This document shows positions 30,353-36,753 of a DNA stretch of 36,753 bases, in pieces; positions within the stretch are counted from its first letter, which is position 1; each line of letters opens with the position of its first letter. The DNA is from Deltaproteobacteria bacterium TL4 (GTDB lineage: Bacteria; SAR324; NAC60-12). Location: positions 1-36,753 of the forward strand of contig JBBCAX010000228.1 of the NCBI GenBank assembly GCA_051382335.1. The letters run 5' to 3'. The position numbers and the translations under genes were made by a program. The notes beneath the pieces are model-generated. The model saw only the letters and a program-made list of their open reading frames with translations. It searched no databases and was not told where the DNA came from.

Positions 30353-32389
30353 CTAGGGCACCCCCAAATTAACCCAAAACCCTTGTCCCTGATCAATCTT
30401 TTTCAAAAACTTCACACTGGCTTCAAAGGGCACGTTAAACTGGTTTTGTTGAGTGCTATCGCCTCGGGTGTAAACAGACCATTGCTGATCCTGCCAAACC
30501 CAAACGGTTCCTTGTGAGGACAGCGATGAAAAAAACGTACTGAGTTCCGTAATGGTTTGAGTTGCCCCCAACAGAATCCAGCCTGAGGGTTGAAGGAGGG
30601 GATAGGCTTTTAAATCTTCAAAAAGTTGAGGCACCTCCGGAGCTAAAAAAACCGTACCTGTCGTTTTCAACCAATAACCTTTGCCACTTTCCAGTCTTAT
30701 TAACGCGCCATAAGGATTATTTTCTGGAGGCTTACGGAATTTAACATCCCATAGCGTTCCGGTCCATGACCAGATACTCTCAATTTGGAGTTGGTTGTTT
30801 AGAAGTGTGTCTAAATCAGTAAGATCTCCTGGATGGACTAAATGCCAGGCGGGACCTGCCAGGGCTAATTTGGGTTTCAACGCGGTGCCTATTTCACCAG
30901 GAGGGACTTCCCCGGTTAAAGCGCCCGGGGCCTCGGAGGCCGGTGCTTTAAGGAAAGTTTCGCTACTTGCTCCATAATCCACGTCACCCTTGCTGGCGCT
31001 TTCCTGTTTGTCATAAAGATGCAGTGCGATGAGAGCGCTGTCGAGGGTCCCCCAGTAATTATCAAAGGCTTGAAGCGCTTGCTCACTGCCATTGCTTATA
31101 TCATAAAGACTATGCCCATAAATATTGGAACCGGAAAGACGTAAAAGAGTGCTGGACAGGACTTCTGTGGTGATTCCATAACTGCCCTGAGCGCTTTCTG
31201 GATCGGGAAAATTGAAGATCAGGGTACTCTTCGTAATGGCGTTGTCCCCCTGAAATAAATGAACCGCCGTTGGCCCCCAATTCCATTGAATCAGGACTTC
31301 CTCCAGACTCAAACCCGCCGACTCTATCGCGCTGGCACCTTGTGTTGAATGATTTTGAGTGAAGGTTGAGCGAACAACGGAAACCGGTCCCTCCAAGCCA
31401 TAAATGCCGGCTCCTGAGAGAGCTTTGTTTTGAGTAAAGGTTGAATCGGAAACCGTTAAATGGAAGGTACTGTAGAGGGCACCTCCTGAAGTCAGAGCGT
31501 CATTACCCTCGAAAGCCGACTGAGCAATAACAACCTTTCCAGATGACGCATAGACAGCTCCGCCCTTTTGATCCGAGTGGTTTTGAGAAAAAGAGGAGGA
31601 AGTGATGGTTAAAATGGAGGTTCCTTGTTCCACATCAACACTGGGAATGAAGGCCAGGGCGCCCCCCTTTTCAGCATTGGTGTTGTTTTCGAAAACCTGT
31701 TGAGTGATGGAGCCTGAAGCTTCCAAATGGACGGCTCCGTTTAAATTATTACGGAGGACTCCATGGGCGAAATAAGGTGATTTTTCCGCATGAACGGCCG
31801 CCTGAAGCGCGCCACCATATTCAATCAACACATATTCCAAAATGCTGCCGCTGAGATACACGCCTGCCTTATCAAAAAGGGCTTCTTTGGCGGTACCGGT
31901 AAATTCAAGACTCCCCCAATCTCCAGGTTTCGGCTGCGCTCTTGCGGAAGTGAACTGTATCATTTGTGTTTCCGTCCCTCTGGCGATTAACTCTCCTTGA
32001 ATAACCAAACTGGGAACAGCGCTCAAGGTTCGTTGCGGAGCATAGGCGTAATGAACCTGGACTCCGGGCTGGATCGTTAAACGTGCTCCGGCGGAAAGCG
32101 TTACGGTTTGAGTCAGGCAATAGGGCGATTGCGCTAAAGTCCATACCGTCTCTGCTGTGATGATACCGGAAACATCAGTTCCGCCCTCACCACAGTCCGA
32201 AGCAAACAGTAGCGTTTCTGTTCCAAAGCTGACCCCGATTGCAAATAGGGAGGCCCACAGCAAAAGACACAACCTTTTTTTGAAGGATTCAGCGCTAAAC
32301 CGTTGTGTTGACGCACACTGAAAGGCTTCTAACTTTGAAGTCTTGGTTCGAGTGTCCTCATTTCGTTCAGGATCATAAGCGAACATCAC
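30353..32389 (-). CDS. Secreted right-handed beta-helix protein with Pmp-like GGA(I/L/V)/FxxN repeats (true start probably further downstream)
   Basis: FENN-GGAL, FSQN-GGAV, FEGN-GGAL, FTQN-GAGI; hydrophobic signal-like stretch; duplicated Trp-rich C-terminal module (GKGYWL / GQGFWV). Confidence 0.7.
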   Translation of the reverse strand: MMFAYDPERNEDTRTKTSKLEAFQCASTQRFSAESFKKRLCLLLWASLFAIGVSFGTETLLFASDCGEGGTDVSGIITAETVWTLAQSPYCLTQTVTLSAGARLTIQPGVQVHYAYAPQRTLSAVPSLVIQGELIARGTETQMIQFTSARAQPKPGDWGSLEFTGTAKEALFDKAGVYLSGSILEYVLIEYGGALQAAVHAEKSPYFAHGVLRNNLNGAVHLEASGSITQQVFENNTNAEKGGALAFIPSVDVEQGTSILTITSSSFSQNHSDQKGGAVYASSGKVVIAQSAFEGNDALTSGGALYSTFHLTVSDSTFTQNKALSGAGIYGLEGPVSVVRSTFTQNHSTQGASAIESAGLSLEEVLIQWNWGPTAVHLFQGDNAITKSTLIFNFPDPESAQGSYGITTEVLSSTLLRLSGSNIYGHSLYDISNGSEQALQAFDNYWGTLDSALIALHLYDKQESASKGDVDYGASSETFLKAPASEAPGALTGEVPPGEIGTALKPKLALAGPAWHLVHPGDLTDLDTLLNNQLQIESIWSWTGTLWDVKFRKPPENNPYGALIRLESGKGYWLKTTGTVFLAPEVPQLFEDLKAYPLLQPSGWILLGATQTITELSTFFSSLSSQGTVWVWQDQQWSVYTRGDSTQQNQFNVPFEASVKFLKKIDQGQGFWVNLGVP

Positions 32390-32419
32390 CCACCCAGGAA
32401 ATTCGTTAACGACTTAAAC

Positions 32420-32610
32420 TAATTCTACTTTGGTAACTTTAAATTTTTTGCCAAGAACACACAAGAACGCACAAGAAATTTTCAATTAAATCACTGGAAA
32501 CGTGTGAGATCTTCCCTAATTTCACTACGAATCTTTTGTGAAAACGCATTTTTAAAATTTGTTCTTGTATGTTCTTGTGTGTTCTTGGCTAATTTACCAA
32601 ATTAGAACTA
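32420..32610. repeat. Nested inverted-repeat element with triple 10-nt units (family C)
   Basis: Outer IR 32420-32436 / 32594-32610 (15/17); inner IR 32450-32477 / 32562-32589 (26/28), each arm made of CAAGAACACA-like units x3. Confidence 0.8.
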
Positions 32611-32735
32611 ATACACTACTCTTGAGGTAACTAACAAAGATTACTGATTTTTGAAAGAAATATTTGCATTCCTGAACTAATAACTCATGTAGCCGTCCTG
32701 CTCATTACTAAGAGGGCGCATAACATGAGTTAATA

Positions 32736-35700
32736 TTAACTTTCTTGAAGAAGGGCGATGGCTTCTTTCAGCCATTGGGCTGCTGTTTGGGTATCCGAGA
32801 GGGAAAGTTGAGAGGGATTTATTGAAAGCCGATACCCCACGGATTGTGTTTGACTCAAGGAACCCTTTGTTGTTTGCGAGAGGTGCTGATGAACGGTCAC
32901 TTTTTGGAGTTCCTTTTCCACGCCTTCAAGCCAGGTAAGTACGTCCTCATGATTTCTGGATTTCAGCAGCTCCTGAAAATCCAGGGACAAAGTCAACCCC
33001 GAAAAGGATGAACTTTGTTTGAGTTCATGCGCTTCGATGAGATGCTCAATATACATCACGTTTTGAAGATCCTGAATGGCTCTCTCCAGCCAGACGGCTG
33101 CGTCCTCCGCGTCTAAAGATGAGAGTTTGGGGAGATCCAGGGAAAGGCTGATGCCTGCTGTTGTTTTTGCGGATTTTTGTATTTGTTCTGCCACTGCTCC
33201 TTGACACCCTTTCACTTGATAAGCGGGTATCGGCTCCGCAATTCCCGCAGCATGTAATTTTTCAGTTTCCTCACAAATAAACGCCTCTTTAACCAATAAA
33301 TACACTTGTTGAGAAATCAGTATTTGCCCAGGATCCGCACGGTATTGAAAGAGTTTGGTAAGATTCACATGACTCCCCATGATGGTATATTCCAAACGAT
33401 TCTCTGTGCCAAAATTACCAATGGTGCAATAACCGGAATTGATCCCCATCCGAATGTTTAGTAACTCTTCAAGTCCCTTTGATTCCCAGCGTTTTTGCAG
33501 TTCCAGCATTTTCTCCCGCATGTTGACCGCCATCTTGACACAGGCGATGGAATCTTCTCGCTCACCTCGAGTTTCGGGATCTCCAAAGAAACCCATGATG
33601 GTTTCTCCAATGTATTTATCAATGGTTCCTCCATGGGCCAGAACGATTTCTGACATTTCATGCAGGTATTCATTGAGGAGTTCTGTAATGACTTCTGTTT
33701 CCAAATGGTCAGTAGCTTCGGTAAAGCCTTTAATCGCGGCGAAAAAGATGGTGAGCTGTTTGCGGGCGGATTCCAGCGTCACTTCCTTTTTGCCTTCAAA
33801 AAGAGCGTGATAGAGTTGAGGAGATAAATACTTTGCCAGTTTTGAATTCAACGAAGACAATTGTTCTTGTTGAAACTGAATTTCCTGTTGACTCTTTTGA
33901 ATGGTTTCAAATAATTTCGCGTTATGAAGAGCGCCAGCAATCGCGATAACGTAATGATGGATGGTTTCAATATTGTTTTTTGTTAAGGACAAGGCTGACT
34001 TGCTGTTACCAAAGCAGATAACTCCGAGCACCTTGTTTTGCACCTTTATGGGATACAGAAGGTAACCCTTCCCTTTTAGAATTTCATGAAATTCCTGATC
34101 CATAGATGACATCTTGGAAAACATCTCCGATGTTACGCAAGGAAAATAGACAGGTTCATCCTTTGACACGACCTCTGAAAACAGACTTTGATCTTTTTGA
34201 AAAGGAAGCCTCATATTTTGCAGTCGCGCGCGCTGTTCTTCTCTCACTCCTGTTCCATACACCTTGTAGACTTCCAACGCTTGAAAGTCATCCCTAACCA
34301 ATAAAATTCCGGTTTGATCAAACTCGAAGATAGCTCTTATCGCATTTTTGGCGACAAGAATGACTTCCTCCAGATCCAAGGTCGAATTTGCTTTTTGCAT
34401 GAGTTGGTTGGTATAAACAGCCTCCAACTCTTTTGACCGAATGGCATCTAACATTTGCGAGTTGCAAATTGCTGTTGAAATATGCGTTACATAATTTTGA
34501 ATCTTGTCCACATCACTTTCGATGAGGTTAAAAGGACGGGATACCCCAAAAAAGTTAAGGCATCCAATGACTTCATCCAGAACTACTAAAGGCAGCAGAA
34601 GCATTGAGACAAAAGGCAGAATTTCATAATAGGTACGGTCCGTGGGGAGCATTTCCATTTCACAGTGAATGTCTTCAAGGTAGATTGGATTCCGAGTGCG
34701 AAAAACATAGGTGTTCAGGGAATCTTGCTTTGAGATACTCAACGGCATACTTCGATATTGCCTCAAATGCTGCTCCGTAATCACTTCCCCATAAACATTA
34801 TGAGTATGGAGATTCTCTTTCGTTTCATCCGCAATTAAAATCGCTAAGGCATCAAACTTGAAAAGATCGTTGAGTCCCTTTGTGACAAAATCAATCACAT
34901 CTTCCAAATCCAGGGTTGAATTCACACTCTGAACGATATCGTTGACGCGGCTGAGTTCTTGCTCTTTGAGGTGGGTTTGTTGTAACGATTCCTGCAGTTC
35001 CTGCGTTCGCAAGCTGATTTTTTCCTCAAGATTTTCTGAGAGATCTTCCACCATGGAAAAGGCTTTTGAAAACCGTAAGGAAAGCACAAAAGACTGAGAA
35101 AAAGTGAATATAAAGAGCCCAAACGATCCCCAGAATCCTGTGTAGATGAGGTTTTGTGTGTTTAAGATATCATTGACTCCGGTAACAAAAAAAATCAAGA
35201 ACCCCGCAATAAAAGACGTTGCGCCTTCACGTTTTCTAATTCGTGCGAGGATTAATACATAGATCAAATAAATACAGCTTAATATCGAAATGATCTGATA
35301 TGAAGACAAGGTGTGTGTATAAACATCAGGAGGGGTCAACACGACAATCAGACTGTAAAGAATTCCTAATCCCAAGGATAGCCGAGTGAATTTAAAGGAA
35401 CATTCAGCCGTGAATAACGCTTTAATAAATAAAACAAAAACAGGTAAGCCCAAATAAAAGGTAAGATATTCCGTTCTTGTAAAAAGGCTATAACCTAAAT
35501 CGGGAAAAAATAAGGAGGCGGCATGTTCTTCGGTCACGATAGTTCTAATTGAAGTCAATAAACAAAAGAGTCCAAAATATAAAGTTGAGACTTCTTTTTT
35601 TCTCAGAACATAAAGTCCAAGATGATACAAGGCCATGATCAGAAGACTTCCCATTAAAAACAGATCAAACGCGATTTGTTGATCACGTTCCAATAGAATT

Positions 35701-36332
35701 TGTTCTTCTGTTCCAAAGTGAATCGTATTCCAGAAACCCCCTTTACGGTAACTGAAATTTGAGATCTGAAGGAGAAGTGTCATTTCGTTTGACTGGGACC
35801 TAAAGGTCACGACACGACGGAGAACACCAGCTTTGGCCGTTTCTTTATTTTTCCCGACGGTACCACTTGAAGTGATTGGTTGTCCATTGATCCACAGTTG
35901 GTAAGCTGTGCCCATATCTTGCGTTTTAAAGGCATAAACCTGATCGGCCTCCTTGAGACGCACCTGTAAACGATAGGTTGCGAAACCATTACTCCCTAAT
36001 TTTTTCCCATCTTTAACAAAATTATTCCAAATTCCTGGTACCTTGATGAATCCGTCCAAGGACAGGGGAGTCTCCGGATCAACCCCATCAGCATTCAGTA
36101 ATTGTTTCCAGTAGAACTCCCATTCTCCATCCAAATGGATGAGTCCCTCTTGCTTAAAGTCCCATTGGCTTAAATCAAGAACCCCTTGAATCGCCGTGGG
36201 CGCTTCTTTTTTGGAAGGAGAACCGCAGCCTGTGAGCAGCACCGCGGTTACCATGAGGAGGAACCCGTTAAGAAAACCGTGTCGAACGTAGGCAATCGCA
36301 GGTTGGGTTGAGCGTCGCGAAACAAAACTCAT
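32736..36332 (-). CDS. Membrane class III adenylate/guanylate cyclase-like protein (periplasmic beta-sandwich, 7TM-DISM, 2 GAF, cyclase) with degenerate catalytic residues
   Basis: LDGEWEFYW, GFATYRL, YHLGLY; GGTIDKYIGE, IRMGINSG, GNFG; FFAAIKGFT in place of FxDIxGFT. Confidence 0.85.
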   Translation of the reverse strand: MSFVSRRSTQPAIAYVRHGFLNGFLLMVTAVLLTGCGSPSKKEAPTAIQGVLDLSQWDFKQEGLIHLDGEWEFYWKQLLNADGVDPETPLSLDGFIKVPGIWNNFVKDGKKLGSNGFATYRLQVRLKEADQVYAFKTQDMGTAYQLWINGQPITSSGTVGKNKETAKAGVLRRVVTFRSQSNEMTLLLQISNFSYRKGGFWNTIHFGTEEQILLERDQQIAFDLFLMGSLLIMALYHLGLYVLRKKEVSTLYFGLFCLLTSIRTIVTEEHAASLFFPDLGYSLFTRTEYLTFYLGLPVFVLFIKALFTAECSFKFTRLSLGLGILYSLIVVLTPPDVYTHTLSSYQIISILSCIYLIYVLILARIRKREGATSFIAGFLIFFVTGVNDILNTQNLIYTGFWGSFGLFIFTFSQSFVLSLRFSKAFSMVEDLSENLEEKISLRTQELQESLQQTHLKEQELSRVNDIVQSVNSTLDLEDVIDFVTKGLNDLFKFDALAILIADETKENLHTHNVYGEVITEQHLRQYRSMPLSISKQDSLNTYVFRTRNPIYLEDIHCEMEMLPTDRTYYEILPFVSMLLLPLVVLDEVIGCLNFFGVSRPFNLIESDVDKIQNYVTHISTAICNSQMLDAIRSKELEAVYTNQLMQKANSTLDLEEVILVAKNAIRAIFEFDQTGILLVRDDFQALEVYKVYGTGVREEQRARLQNMRLPFQKDQSLFSEVVSKDEPVYFPCVTSEMFSKMSSMDQEFHEILKGKGYLLYPIKVQNKVLGVICFGNSKSALSLTKNNIETIHHYVIAIAGALHNAKLFETIQKSQQEIQFQQEQLSSLNSKLAKYLSPQLYHALFEGKKEVTLESARKQLTIFFAAIKGFTEATDHLETEVITELLNEYLHEMSEIVLAHGGTIDKYIGETIMGFFGDPETRGEREDSIACVKMAVNMREKMLELQKRWESKGLEELLNIRMGINSGYCTIGNFGTENRLEYTIMGSHVNLTKLFQYRADPGQILISQQVYLLVKEAFICEETEKLHAAGIAEPIPAYQVKGCQGAVAEQIQKSAKTTAGISLSLDLPKLSSLDAEDAAVWLERAIQDLQNVMYIEHLIEAHELKQSSSFSGLTLSLDFQELLKSRNHEDVLTWLEGVEKELQKVTVHQHLSQTTKGSLSQTQSVGYRLSINPSQLSLSDTQTAAQWLKEAIALLQES

Positions 36333-36625
36333 AAGACCTCCCGAAGCTTATGAATTTTTTTCAAACTTTCCTCAAGCAGGGTTAAGGTTTGTTTTCGTTC
36401 AGAGGGAGGAATTTGATAAACATCGAGATTTGCTGAAAATCCGGGGATTTCTTTGATTCTTTCCGCGTTTTGTTGAAAAACAGCTTTTCGGGAATCGATC
36501 ACTTTATAAGTTTGCACCGGATAGGCGATTCCTTTGACTTTGATTTCATCTTTCTTTTCACAAAAAATTTCATCTTTTATCAGAGAATAGGTAGCGTGAG
36601 AAATTTGTATTTCTCCGGGTTCCGC
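36329..36625 (-). pseudogene. C-terminal fragment of a second class III cyclase, truncated at 36625
   Basis: The frame extends upstream of the 62-aa ORF as AEPGEIQISHATYSLIKDEIFCEKKDEIKVKGIAYPVQTY, then meets an in-frame TGA (36626-36628) and unrelated sequence. Confidence 0.75.
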
Positions 36626-36753
36626 TCATAAGTGTTCGTGTTTTAAATACTATGATTTCAATCACATAAACAGCCACCTTCTTTATATCCCGCTCCTCAG
36701 TTCTCTATCCAATCGCATCAAGGATGTTTCCCGATGTTGATAATTTGGATCGA

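Noticed and set aside
30233..30517. 94-aa + strand ORF
   Set aside because: Spans the repeat element and the antisense of the beta-helix gene
32450..32589. CRISPR array
   Set aside because: Repeats are abutting 10-mers in inverted arms, with no spacers and no cas genes
588..35989. Numerous 60-140 aa ORFs nested in or antisense to long genes
   Set aside because: Shadow ORFs without motifs or independent start signals
36626..36628. TGA read-through or selenocysteine in the cyclase fragment
   Set aside because: Sequence beyond the TGA shows no recognisable cyclase similarity

Overview
Bacterial chromosomal window with mixed housekeeping and signalling genes; the gene content suggests a deltaproteobacterium-like or SAR324-like organism (inference only). 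Genes in order: RadC with an N-terminal Fe-S domain, a tandem TerB protein, cysM plus a MoaD/CysO sulfur carrier, a MinD/FlhG-like ATPase, mqnA, a large cNMP-binding protein, a triple-7TM/GAF hybrid histidine kinase coupled to a REC-PP2C phosphatase, a DUF3015/DUF4105 pair, serS, an orphan GspE, a site-2 protease, a cold-shock protein, an acyl-CoA dehydrogenase, T1SS HlyD/HlyB, a Pmp-like beta-helix protein, a class III adenylate cyclase with degenerate catalytic residues, and a truncated second cyclase. The most distinctive non-coding signal is three unrelated small elements (about 120-190 bp) with the same nested design: outer IS-like terminal inverted repeats (two with target-site duplications) enclosing an inverted pair of REP-like hairpins or repeats. 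No rRNA, tRNA, CRISPR array or intact transposase was seen.
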